From NCBI GenBank assembly GCA_963719945.1, contig CAVRDX010000001.1, positions 520,578 to 584,577 of the forward strand: a stretch of DNA of 64,000 nt, given 5' to 3'. Shown in pieces: positions 55,195-64,000 of this stretch. The position numbers and the translations under genes were made by a program. A model generated the notes under the pieces. It worked only from the letters and a program-made list of their open reading frames with translations. It was not told the DNA's origin and did not search any database. Source of the DNA: an uncultured Thermoplasmata archaeon. GTDB lineage: Archaea; Thermoplasmatota; Thermoplasmata; UBA10834. Every line of letters begins with the position of its first letter. Position 1 is the stretch's first letter.

Positions 55195-56628
55195 TCAGAG
55201 ATTAGCCTTTTGAGAAATCCTGCATGCGTCTCTAGGGATATGAATGACAAAACGAGCCCCTTCTCCCGGCACTCCATCTTCCTTGATCGTCATTCCACTG
55301 ACCTTCAGGATTTCGCGAGACAGGAATAGCCCGTATCCAGTGCCTTTCCCGAATCCCCGTTCGAATATCCGTTCTTTCTCATCACTGGGGATGCCTACGC
55401 CATTGTCGGAGTATATGATATCATAACCATCATTCGATTCAATGCACTCGACAGAGATTCGACTGATATTACCACCATGGGCAATCGAATCCTCTAGGAG
55501 GTTTCTAAAGACCCTGTCAAGTGCGTAGTCAGAACGAATTTCGATAGCATTAACGCATATCGTGAATTCAACCTCAGGTCTTTGCACAGCAAAGATAGCG
55601 GAATCTAGGACTTCCCTCAATGACTTCCAGACAGGTATCCCTCCGACCGTCTCCTGATAGCTACTTGAAAACTCTAATTGTCTCATGATGACGTTTGATG
55701 CAGTGATGATTCGACCAATGGCTTTCTTGACCATCTCAGGGTCTCCTTTTCGAGCCAGGTCAGCATATCCTATGATGGCATTCAATTGGTTGAACGTGTC
55801 GTGCTTAATCAGATGGGTCATTAGCTCCAATTTCTTATTTGCCTGCCGTAGAGCCTGCTCATTCATCACCCGTTCAGTGACATCGCGACTGATACCCTCT
55901 ATCATCACCACATCACCTGATTCGTCCTTTATGAAGCCCCATCGATCTTCGGCCCAGAGCACCGTCCCATCTCTTCTGACCCACCTCAATGTCAATGGCT
56001 GCTTGAATTCATCGACATCTGCAAATGCATGATTGAGCTTCTCTGCATCCTCTGGGTGGATGCATCTGAATAGAAGATCCGGATCGGAATAGAATTCTTC
56101 AGGGGTGTAGCCAACCCAATCAATCGATGCATTGTTCATATACTCAACCTTGATCACAGGCTTCATCAGGACCCTCCAAATCAGGTCCGGGACGGTCTGT
56201 GCCAATCTCTGAAAACGGTCCCACATTTCTGCTCTGGATCGTTCAGCAAGCACGGTCTCATATGATTTAAAGATCAGATTTGACAATTCGGAAATCATGC
56301 GAGGTGTATCCGTCGATTTCTGGACATAGAAATCGGCACCCTCATTCAACGCTTGCATCGCAACATCCTCCTTTCCTCGACCAGTTAGGAGGATGAATGG
56401 GGTATCGTTCCCTTCGCTGCGGAGAACCTTCAGTAGCTCGATACCATCCATCTCAGGCATCTGGTAATCCGACACTACAACATCAAACTCATCAGCTCTG
56501 ATGCGTGACAATGCTTCGAGCACGGCAAGAGATATCTCCACGGCAATGTCCTCCTTCTTCTCAAGAAGGACCTTCATCACGTCAGCCATGGACTCCTCAT
56601 CGTCAATGTACAGGACCTTGATAGTCAT
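55195..56628 (-). CDS. Hybrid sensor: REC + PAS + histidine kinase (paralog of 15066-17690)
   Basis: 'MTIKVLYIDDEES...SDYQMPEMDGIELLK', H-box 'LIKHDTFNQL', and 'GYGLFLSREILKVSGMTIKEDGVPGEGARFVIHIP'. Confidence 0.88.
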   Translation of the reverse strand: MTIKVLYIDDEESMADVMKVLLEKKEDIAVEISLAVLEALSRIRADEFDVVVSDYQMPEMDGIELLKVLRSEGNDTPFILLTGRGKEDVAMQALNEGADFYVQKSTDTPRMISELSNLIFKSYETVLAERSRAEMWDRFQRLAQTVPDLIWRVLMKPVIKVEYMNNASIDWVGYTPEEFYSDPDLLFRCIHPEDAEKLNHAFADVDEFKQPLTLRWVRRDGTVLWAEDRWGFIKDESGDVVMIEGISRDVTERVMNEQALRQANKKLELMTHLIKHDTFNQLNAIIGYADLARKGDPEMVKKAIGRIITASNVIMRQLEFSSSYQETVGGIPVWKSLREVLDSAIFAVQRPEVEFTICVNAIEIRSDYALDRVFRNLLEDSIAHGGNISRISVECIESNDGYDIIYSDNGVGIPSDEKERIFERGFGKGTGYGLFLSREILKVSGMTIKEDGVPGEGARFVIHIPRDACRISQKANL

Positions 56629-56889
56629 CGATTCACCGTCTTTTCGCAGACTAGTAGATCTAGTCAGGTCAATTTTCGAACCTCTAGGTCAACCTAGGAT
56701 GATGCCGGTATTGATGAGATAAATAGAAACATAAAACGCTGTAAAGTTTTCTGCCCGACATACAAAACACAGGCGTACACAATAATACATCCAAGTACAA
56801 TTCTCTTGAATTCGAACACATTATGTCATTCACTCTAATTCATCAATCCTGATAGGATAGATGACAAGGAAGTCAGTACTCGATCTCAT

Positions 56890-57453
56890 CTAGCCGTTCT
56901 CAATCATGTCATCGAGATGGAGGACCATGAAGATGTCGTCATAATAGTGACCACATTCCTTCACCGCATGAGGTAGGCAACCCACCCGCCTAAAACCGAG
57001 CTTCTCATATAGCGCGATTGCGCGCGAATTGTAGCTATAAGTCACTAGGTCGATCAATTCCAGACCTGACATTCGTTTGCGCGCAAGAGCGACCGTAGTC
57101 CTCATCATAGCCTCTCCGATGCCTCTCCCACGTGCACACTTGTTGATCGCAATGCCAATTTGAGCCCTATGCTTCTCTTTCCACATGCGCCGCTGCACGC
57201 TACAGTTGCCGACTATTCTATCGTCTATCTCAAGGATGAGCATGACCATGGACCTTTTCCGTATCTGTCCGAGGAGAGCTTCAAGCCATGCTTCTTCAGC
57301 CTTCAAAGTCATAGGGCGAGTAAATGGAATGCCAGACATCGGCTCTCGGATTATCTGGTTGATGAACCTCATCAACTGCTTTGCATCAGTCGATCTCGGT
57401 TCCCTCAGAACGATTTCTGAGCCATCTTTGGCTCTGAGATGGTAACTGACCAT
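56890..57453 (-). CDS. GNAT family N-acetyltransferase (RimJ/RimL-like)
   Basis: 'IGIAINKCARGRGIGEAMM...YSYNSRAIALYEKLGF'. Confidence 0.85.
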   Translation of the reverse strand: MVSYHLRAKDGSEIVLREPRSTDAKQLMRFINQIIREPMSGIPFTRPMTLKAEEAWLEALLGQIRKRSMVMLILEIDDRIVGNCSVQRRMWKEKHRAQIGIAINKCARGRGIGEAMMRTTVALARKRMSGLELIDLVTYSYNSRAIALYEKLGFRRVGCLPHAVKECGHYYDDIFMVLHLDDMIENG

Positions 57454-57532
57454 ATGGATAATGTAATCGCTAGCGGAGTATTAGTCTTCTCACAATAGTA
57501 CTGTCAGAATCCCTGCGGATAGTCATCCATCT

Positions 57533-58012
57533 TCAAGAACAGAGCTTCTTTGCGAGCGTTGCGACTCTCTTCCCGAGCGCCATGCAGGATTTTATCTCCA
57601 CAGTCTTCGGAGACTCGACGGCTGTCGCGCCATAGTGCTTGTTATCGTATCTGCCCTGGACCACCATCCCATGGATCAGAAGAGCATGCGTCATGGATAG
57701 CAGGGTCGTTTCCGCACCACATGCCGTGTCTCCAGAGCTGGTGAACACTCCACCCACCTTCCCGACCAGCTTACCATGAATCTTAAAGGAAGTATCGATA
57801 AACTCCTTGAGCTTTCCCGACATCCCACCGTAGTATGTCGGAGACCCCAGTATGATGCCATCCGCATCCAGGAGATCATTCAGGCGCACCTTTCCGACCA
57901 TCTTGACCGTTACTTCAGTGTTCGCGACTCCCTTGGCACCTTCTGCTACTGCCAGGGCCATCTTCTCAGTATTTCCCGTTCTTGAGTCATATACAACCAA
58001 TATCTTCGTCAT
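57533..58012 (-). CDS. Flavodoxin-like / WrbA-type NAD(P)H:quinone oxidoreductase
   Basis: 'MTKILVVYDSRTGNTEKMALAVAEGA...GIILGSPTYYGGMSG'. Confidence 0.8.
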   Translation of the reverse strand: MTKILVVYDSRTGNTEKMALAVAEGAKGVANTEVTVKMVGKVRLNDLLDADGIILGSPTYYGGMSGKLKEFIDTSFKIHGKLVGKVGGVFTSSGDTACGAETTLLSMTHALLIHGMVVQGRYDNKHYGATAVESPKTVEIKSCMALGKRVATLAKKLCS

Positions 58013-58163
58013 ATCGAACACCACCGCTTAAACGCGATTTTATAATCGTCGGACAAGTACTTGAACAATCTGTCGAATCCAAGATCGAGTTGCCTTCGGA
58101 TTACAAGTGCCTCGAATCGATGCATGTGAATCATTTAATTCCAACATAGGGATTACCGTTCCA

Positions 58164-58496
58164 ATGAAGAAAGTAAGTCTCGATAAATTCGAAGCAACTA
58201 AGCCAGAAGGGACCAAGGGTGTTGATTTCAGACCAATGCTTGCCCAGAATGTCGATCCACCGAACTTTTATCTCAGAGTGTTCGACATCTCGCCAGGTGG
58301 GTACACGCCCAGACATACTCACGACTGGGAACACGAGATCTTTGTAGTAAAGGGAACGGGAAAGATCTCATTGAGCAATAGAGATGAGATCATCTCAGAA
58401 GGAGATGCCATCTATGTGGAACCAAATGAATTGCACCAATTCCTCAACGATGGGGCAACCCTCATGCGAATGATATGTGTGGTCCCGAGACAATGA
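58164..58496 (+). CDS. Cupin domain protein
   Basis: 'GGYTPRHTHDWEHEIFVVKGTG...GDAIYVEPNELHQF' (the two cupin motifs). Confidence 0.8.
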   Translation: MKKVSLDKFEATKPEGTKGVDFRPMLAQNVDPPNFYLRVFDISPGGYTPRHTHDWEHEIFVVKGTGKISLSNRDEIISEGDAIYVEPNELHQFLNDGATLMRMICVVPRQ

Positions 58497-58718
58497 CCCA
58501 CCTGAGGATGGCACCTCGAGGACCCACGCGCTAATTGTGATTGCTTTCATGGCCATCGCAATCTATCGAATTCAAAGAGCATCCCAAGAGAGATCTGCAT
58601 AGCAGGAGAAAGCATCCAAATCACAAGGATTCAACTTCACCATGACGGGATCAGTCGCTGGGACAATCACCCATTGGATCCAGGGCATCAATCTGATTCA
58701 TAATAGCGCACAGGAGCA

Positions 58719-59237
58719 TCATCTCATCCTGGACCGCCCGGCGAGCATGTATATGATATCCTGTCGTGTGATTATGCCTATGACTTTCTCAGCCTTTACG
58801 ACCGGAAGTCGATTGACCCCAAATTCGGCCATCAATTTCAATGCTCGATCCAGAGAATCGTTTGCCCCCAATGAATACAATGGTCGTCCTGTCTCAAGCA
58901 AGGATGACACTCGACTCTCTGCGACCGCACTGATGCTCGAAGTGATCTCTCTCAGAGATTCCGTGTCAGTCGCGGATGTATCGCCATCAGCACTGGTTGC
59001 TTTCCGCAATGCATCGGCTTTACTGTATCTCTCGAAAATCCATCTGAGTATATCAGTCGTGCTGAGTATTCCAACAAAAACTCCGTCATCGTTCAACACA
59101 GGCGCACCAGAGATTTCATGCTCCATGAGCTTCAGCCAGCATTCTAGAACGTGGTCTGACGACTTCAATGAGATGACGTTCACATTCATCACATTCTGGA
59201 CGCTCATGTAGCGAATCCTATCCAAATCTCCCGGCAT
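58719..59237 (-). CDS. CBS domain pair protein
   Basis: 'VQNVMNVNVISLKSSD...HEISGAPVLND' and '...FGVNRLPVVKAEKVIGIITRQDI'. Confidence 0.8.
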   Translation of the reverse strand: MPGDLDRIRYMSVQNVMNVNVISLKSSDHVLECWLKLMEHEISGAPVLNDDGVFVGILSTTDILRWIFERYSKADALRKATSADGDTSATDTESLREITSSISAVAESRVSSLLETGRPLYSLGANDSLDRALKLMAEFGVNRLPVVKAEKVIGIITRQDIIYMLAGRSRMR

Positions 59238-59303
59238 CGCTGTCGATCTCCACTATTTGATAATGTACGGCACGCATAGATTACCCTTTCTCAATGGTCT
59301 GTC

Positions 59304-60401
59304 TCATACATCAGGCCGGCGATTCGAGGGACGGCTTGACACCGGATCCGCCATTCCAAGGATCTTGCGGAGTAGTGCACCATAATGACCGTCCCTAAGT
59401 TCCTTTGCTGCAGCCGTCGAGACCAATGAGATGATCGGATCGCCTTTCAATACATCTGCCTCAATCAATGGCTTCATCATACGCTGCATCTCAGAAAGGT
59501 AGTCGCGATAATCCTTGAACATGTACGTGGTATGGGCCTCATAGTCTCTCTCCAGAGTGTACCAAGAGAGGTTTATCCAATCACCACACGAGAGCTCTCT
59601 TCGCACGTCCAGATCAATATCCGGTCTAAAACGCAGATGAACATAAGCTATGAGATCGATGTTCCATAGAACCAACGGAATCATGCAGACTCGCTTGTAC
59701 ATCCCTTTCCGTTCTAGCCTTTTGCGCACATTCGTGACAGTCTGCCTAGAACGGCCCATCAGATGACCCAATTGAGCATCGCTGGCATGTGGATACTCGA
59801 CAAGGTTTACAAGGGTCCGCTTCTCGACCAGGGATAGCTCCGTTGTGTGAACATCAAATTTCAACGGAAGGTTCGGCTCGGGTCTCGGCGCATCAATCCC
59901 GAATATCCGGTGTAGCGCTGGCGCGAAATTGTATGTATAGCACACATTCGAGATTTCAAGCGGGAAGAATGCGGCCCGAAGATCAGCCTTCTCGCTCGAT
60001 TGAATGTCTGAAAAGCATCGTTCGTATCGATCGATGGCGAGTAGATAGTCTGAGAAGCCTCTGTACACTCCGCTCATCATGATGAATCCCTCGCCAGAGG
60101 CGCTGTCGAATATCTCAGGGGTCCGATCGAGGAATCTGAGATGCGCCGAATCCTTCACATCCTTTGGAACCGCAGGATTGGTCGTCCCATATAATTGAAC
60201 AAAAATCGTACAGCCCAGCTTATGAAATGCGGGAGTGTTTGCGAAGTATATGTGTCTCGAATCCATCAGCCTTCTTCGTATCGATGACGCGGTGCTCTCC
60301 TTTATCCCAGACCGTCGAGCCAAAGCTGCATCCGTGAGGTTGGCGTCTCGCATAAGCCAGTAAATGACGAGCATCTCGGATTCTCTAAGCGGCCTTTCCA
60401 T
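59304..60401 (-). CDS. Putative transcription regulator with internally duplicated wHTH + effector-like module
   Basis: Two colinear halves: 'SEMLVIYWLMRDANLTDAALARRSGIKESTASSIRRRLMDSRHIY' and 'LVEKRTLVNLVEYPHASDAQLGHLMGRSRQTVTNVRKRLERKGMYK'. Confidence 0.55.
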   Translation of the reverse strand: MERPLRESEMLVIYWLMRDANLTDAALARRSGIKESTASSIRRRLMDSRHIYFANTPAFHKLGCTIFVQLYGTTNPAVPKDVKDSAHLRFLDRTPEIFDSASGEGFIMMSGVYRGFSDYLLAIDRYERCFSDIQSSEKADLRAAFFPLEISNVCYTYNFAPALHRIFGIDAPRPEPNLPLKFDVHTTELSLVEKRTLVNLVEYPHASDAQLGHLMGRSRQTVTNVRKRLERKGMYKRVCMIPLVLWNIDLIAYVHLRFRPDIDLDVRRELSCGDWINLSWYTLERDYEAHTTYMFKDYRDYLSEMQRMMKPLIEADVLKGDPIISLVSTAAAKELRDGHYGALLRKILGMADPVSSRPSNRRPDV

Positions 60402-60493
60402 GGTGACCTAATGGTCACTCACATAAGAGAATGTTGCCTTGGAAAGACGCGCGGTCATCCACCAAAGACTCGTCAGAAACGCATTGTGAGAGC

Positions 60494-61870
60494 CTAGACC
60501 AGCTCTTTCAGAGTCTTCTTTACAGCAGATTCAAAGATGTCCAGACCAAGATCGAGCTGTTCGTCGGATATTATTATGGGCGGGGCGATCCTGAATACGT
60601 TCCCATACATACCTGCAGTTATCATCATCAGACCTTTCCGCCAGACCTGACCCTGCATCCTTGGAACGAGCATTGGCTCCTTTGTGCTCTTGCTCTTGAC
60701 CATCTCGACACCGATCATAAGGCCCTTTCCGCGGACATCTCCGATGATCTCATATTTGTCCTTCATCTCGTTCAATCTCTTGAGCGCATGTGCACCCAAT
60801 ATCTTTGCTCGGGTCGACAGGTCCTGCTCAATGATCTCCCTGACGTGCGCCAATCCGGCTGCCATGCTTATTCCATTCCCGCCGAATGTCGAAGAATGTG
60901 AGCCTGGTCGCCAGACCCCCATTATCTCCTTCTTCGCAATTATTCCTCCGAGTGGGATTCCGCCACCAAGTGCCTTCCCTGTGATGAGGATATCGGGTAT
61001 AGTCGAAGTAGAATCGCACTCCCAAAGCTCGCCCGTCCGCGCGAGCCCAGTCTGTATTTCATCAGCGACCAGGAGCATCTTTCTCTGATCACACAGTCTC
61101 CTCAGTCGCGGCATGAATTCCGGAGGCGGGACGATATAGCCGCCTTCTCCCTGCAATGGCTCCACGAATATCGATGCGACTGACCCGCTTGGGCCACCGT
61201 AGTCCAGTATTCCGTTCTCGAGGTATTCCATGCAGGCCATGCCACAAGATGGATATTCCTGCTTGAACCAGCACCTGTAGCAATACGGATATGGGGCAAA
61301 ATGCACGCCGGGTGTGAAGGGACCGTGACCATACTTGTACTTCACCCTGCTGGCGAGCGCCAATGCGTTGCCTATTCGGCCATGATACGCACCCATAAAT
61401 GCGATATGCTCACCAGATTTCGAATAGTATCTAGACAGCTTGATCGCAGCCTCGACGCCCTCGGCTCCGCTGTTGCCGAAGAAAGTGTTTGTCAGGGCGC
61501 CTCCAGGAGATATCTTTGCCAATAGTTCGGCGAACTCAGCCTCCTTGTCAAAATAGGCATCGTTTGCCAATGAATGAATCAGGTCACCTGCCTGCTCCCG
61601 TATAGCCTCGACGACCCGAGGATTGGACCACCCTGCATTCATCACAGAGATGCCAGCAGAGAAATCCAAATACACGTTGCCATCTGCATCCATTATTGCT
61701 GCGCCGGATGAACGCTTCATGGTGAACTGAAACATTCGATCGTATGCATGTGAAACGAATTCTCGGTCCTTTTCAATGATTGTCTTGCTTGCCGGACCAG
61801 GCGGTGGAACGACAAGTTTCGGTGCGTTCCTTGCCCAACCTGCAACCCATTCTGGAAGACTCAGATCCAT
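60494..61870 (-). CDS. Class III (omega) aminotransferase, GABA/putrescine/acetylornithine aminotransferase-like
   Basis: 'FFGNSGAEGVEAAIKL', 'LVADEIQTGLARTG' and 'ILITGKALGGG' (PLP Lys). ATG 61870 preferred to the longer ORF. Confidence 0.85.
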   Translation of the reverse strand: MDLSLPEWVAGWARNAPKLVVPPPGPASKTIIEKDREFVSHAYDRMFQFTMKRSSGAAIMDADGNVYLDFSAGISVMNAGWSNPRVVEAIREQAGDLIHSLANDAYFDKEAEFAELLAKISPGGALTNTFFGNSGAEGVEAAIKLSRYYSKSGEHIAFMGAYHGRIGNALALASRVKYKYGHGPFTPGVHFAPYPYCYRCWFKQEYPSCGMACMEYLENGILDYGGPSGSVASIFVEPLQGEGGYIVPPPEFMPRLRRLCDQRKMLLVADEIQTGLARTGELWECDSTSTIPDILITGKALGGGIPLGGIIAKKEIMGVWRPGSHSSTFGGNGISMAAGLAHVREIIEQDLSTRAKILGAHALKRLNEMKDKYEIIGDVRGKGLMIGVEMVKSKSTKEPMLVPRMQGQVWRKGLMMITAGMYGNVFRIAPPIIISDEQLDLGLDIFESAVKKTLKELV

Positions 61871-62146
61871 GAAATCCCCGATCCGAGGAGGTCGTCCATA
61901 AATGACCACGCTCCTCACGGGTGCGTACTGCGCGCAATGGATATCAAGATTGCTGACATTTTTCCATACTGGCATGGACCAATCAATATCGACAATTCAC
62001 GGCTCTACACCATACATCTCATGGATTCTGCAACCCCGCATATCCGCGTGATAACGATTGCCCTTTTCTGAGACATGATATCTGGGATTATGCTAGGTGG
62101 GAACCTCGATGCATCGATCAGAAGCTGATATCCTGTCCCAGACCGA

Positions 62147-63214
62147 CTATCTTGACAATCGTTCCATAACGGCTTTGATGATCAAAGGCCAGGCGATTGT
62201 AGCATCCGAGAAGACCTCTGCGTATCTGCCACCTTCGGATCTGGGGACGATCTTGCCCCATGAAACACCTTCAGAGTAAGAGCATCCAGAAAGGCCGCCC
62301 CAATGTACAGGCTCAGGGCAGATACGAACTGCATAGTCGAATCTCTTGAATCCGCCGCCACTGCCTACACGCTTATTGATGATGTCCAGATATGGACCTA
62401 CTTGCTGGGCCCAATTTCGGGGTACACCTCCTCCGATCGTGAGGATCCCCAGTTTCTTTGATGCCAATACCCTATCGGTATAGTCTTCAAGGTCTGCAAA
62501 TGCATCATACTTTATAGGGGTCTTCCCCGCAAGCTTCATGCGTCTCATATATACGCCAAAATCCAATCCCAACTCCGAGTCTGTGAATGATGGCACATAA
62601 ACCGGGACCTTCTTCAGATATGCAGACTTCAAAATGCCCCTCTGGTCCTCGGTCGTGTTCTCGGCCAGATGCTTGCCGATCAACCAGTTGAGCGCGAAAC
62701 TCCCGAGAGATTCAGACCCTCCGGTTGCTTTCTCCATGACATCCCGAAAGATGAGTTCCATGTCATCGAGACTTCTCTCAAGCTCGATCGTGTCATATAT
62801 CCGATTGTAGCCCTTGTGATAGAGTTGCACATCATTCATGAACTCGCTGTGCTTGAAGTGTGCTCGACCCGTGGATTCTACCATTCCGTGAGCCATGATA
62901 GCTCCTGTTGTGACGACCGCATCGGTCATCCCTTGGTCGATCATATCGCAAACGATAAGTCCCATCTTGGCGGGCGTCATCGCCCCTGACAGAGTGAGGA
63001 CCTTGAAACAGTCTTCATCCTCAACCATATCCTGCACTACTTCGGCAGCCTCCCCAACACTCCTTGCTCCGAAACTGCACTTGCCCATCGCATACACAAG
63101 ATCGGAGACCGTATGGATGTTGGATAGGTCCAATGAAGCCAATGGCTCCAACTTGTCGCTCGCGCCGTCGCTCAGATCACCAGTCTTGCGGATCTTCTTA
63201 CCAGTTCGTGACAT
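62147..63214 (-). CDS. Deoxyhypusine synthase family protein, second longer paralog (DHS-like / possible homospermidine-synthase-like)
   Basis: 'LSGAMTPAKMG...VVTTGAIMAHG...ILTIGGGVPRNW...YSEGVSWGKI' with the catalytic Lys motif. 355 aa versus 317 aa for the copy at 26504. Confidence 0.8.
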   Translation of the reverse strand: MSRTGKKIRKTGDLSDGASDKLEPLASLDLSNIHTVSDLVYAMGKCSFGARSVGEAAEVVQDMVEDEDCFKVLTLSGAMTPAKMGLIVCDMIDQGMTDAVVTTGAIMAHGMVESTGRAHFKHSEFMNDVQLYHKGYNRIYDTIELERSLDDMELIFRDVMEKATGGSESLGSFALNWLIGKHLAENTTEDQRGILKSAYLKKVPVYVPSFTDSELGLDFGVYMRRMKLAGKTPIKYDAFADLEDYTDRVLASKKLGILTIGGGVPRNWAQQVGPYLDIINKRVGSGGGFKRFDYAVRICPEPVHWGGLSGCSYSEGVSWGKIVPRSEGGRYAEVFSDATIAWPLIIKAVMERLSR

Positions 63215-63253
63215 CGGTCAACCTCCATATCGTACTGGAGATCGTCATCATAT

Positions 63254-63853
63254 CTACTTCGGCCCTGATGCAGGACCACTGACCGCAGAGCGCACATCCT
63301 CGCTGTCGTAAACGAACACTGCAGCTGCAAGCACGGTTGTATATCCACCGGATTTATCGCCTTCAGCAGTCTTGGTCACATTGAACGATCTGACGATCTT
63401 GCCACTCATCTTGTATTGATCCTCGCGCTCGTCCCAATCCATATCGGCATCAAATGAGATGCCCAGGGTCGTTGCTAGCATCGTAGCAGCAAGGTCCTCC
63501 GCGATATCTCCAGCCGTCGCGGAATTTGAGCCGAATGCATGATATTCAGATATGTAGCCATACTGAGTCTCATCTGCAGGCACGGCACAACCGACCGCCG
63601 CAGCCACCATTCTATTGGGCTCGTTCGTCGAGTTCCTCGACATGACAACGAAAGCGATCTGCCCCGGGTTCATGTCCTTGAGGCCTTCTTCCCTAGAGAC
63701 GATCTTGCATCCTGGGGGAAGGATACTGGATACGGATACCAGGTTGAATTTCTCTATACCAGCATCTCTAAGCGCCATCTCGAAAGATTGCAGCTCGTGC
63801 TTATGACGTCCCACACCCTTGGTGGTAAACATTTTCTTCGGCACTATAGGCAT
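63254..63853 (-). CDS. pdaD: Pyruvoyl-dependent arginine decarboxylase
   Basis: '[45 protein letters not shown]', containing the self-cleavage Ser-Ser context. Confidence 0.9.
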   Translation of the reverse strand: MPIVPKKMFTTKGVGRHKHELQSFEMALRDAGIEKFNLVSVSSILPPGCKIVSREEGLKDMNPGQIAFVVMSRNSTNEPNRMVAAAVGCAVPADETQYGYISEYHAFGSNSATAGDIAEDLAATMLATTLGISFDADMDWDEREDQYKMSGKIVRSFNVTKTAEGDKSGGYTTVLAAAVFVYDSEDVRSAVSGPASGPK

Positions 63854-64000
63854 AATTCGAACGTATTATGAAATCACGTTCTTAAAACTATTTCTCGGAC
63901 CAGATTCCCTATCATTTTAGACTCACCACTGGCAAAATGGTTCTAAAAACGAAATGTTCGAACGATTTTCGGATGTGAAGAAAGGGTCATCGATACGAGA

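Noticed and set aside
1-64000. Scan for CRISPR arrays, IS/transposase or integrase genes, tRNA-flanking direct repeats, prophage or defence-island signatures
   Set aside because: No spaced identical repeats, no transposase, integrase or Cas-like ORFs, and no duplicated tRNA 3' halves were seen by eye. A computational repeat search (such as a self dot-plot) would be needed to exclude short att-like repeats.

Overview
Densely coding archaeal chromosomal window with genes on both strands. I found no CRISPR array, IS element or integrase. All calls come from reading motifs in the supplied translations and the DNA; nothing was searched against a database.

The gene content suggests a Thermoplasmatota-like archaeon (inference only): archaeal-type SAM synthetase, PheRS beta, pyruvoyl arginine decarboxylase, deoxyhypusine synthase, DUF2116-type Zn-ribbon protein, type-A RNase P RNA, class II HMG-CoA reductase and clostripain-like peptidase.

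Main blocks:
- 1-6.7 kb: SAM synthetase 3' end, then a Zn-ribbon protein and a 1619-aa coiled-coil giant whose head is a P-loop-less KaiC-like (DUF835-type) domain.
- 6.7-15 kb: nitroreductase, Lrp, tRNA-Ile, C45 peptidase, two tandem KaiC-like ATPases, MFS transporter, pheT, tRNA-Ser.
- 15-19.5 kb: REC-PAS histidine kinase, two tandem small Cys-rich paralogs, and a PPAT-NTPase fusion.
- 19.6-23.3 kb: isoprenoid block, with mvk divergent from class II hmgA, followed by a polyprenol-kinase-like and a Tmk-like gene.
- 23-33 kb: CDF transporter, helical/Zn-ribbon proteins, CBS, deoxyhypusine synthase, IPMDH-family enzyme, tRNA-Leu, non-Pyl MttB homolog, PLP enzyme.
- 33.4-38.2 kb: ilvB-ilvN-ilvC-FAH-ilvE.
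- 38.6-46.5 kb: complete che cluster (cheR divergent from mcp-cheW-cheY-cheB-cheA-cheC-cheD), followed by an RNase P RNA hidden under spurious ORFs.
- 47-54 kb: accessory-looking stretch with two paralogous double-GNAT genes, an alpha/alpha-toroid repeat protein, C11 peptidase, MFS transporter, a membrane-anchored acidic (C-x3)n ladder protein and a GNAT pseudogene.
- 54.4-64 kb: crcB-DUF190, a second REC-PAS kinase, GNAT, flavodoxin-like, cupin and CBS genes, then a co-directional array of duplicated wHTH regulator, class III aminotransferase, second DHS-like gene and pdaD.

Most unusual observations: the DUF835-headed giant with its Zn-ribbon partner, the Cys-rich tandem pair, the C-x3-C ladder protein, the second DHS in a polyamine-like array, and two genes whose conserved N-termini can only be encoded from SD-preceded CTG codons.
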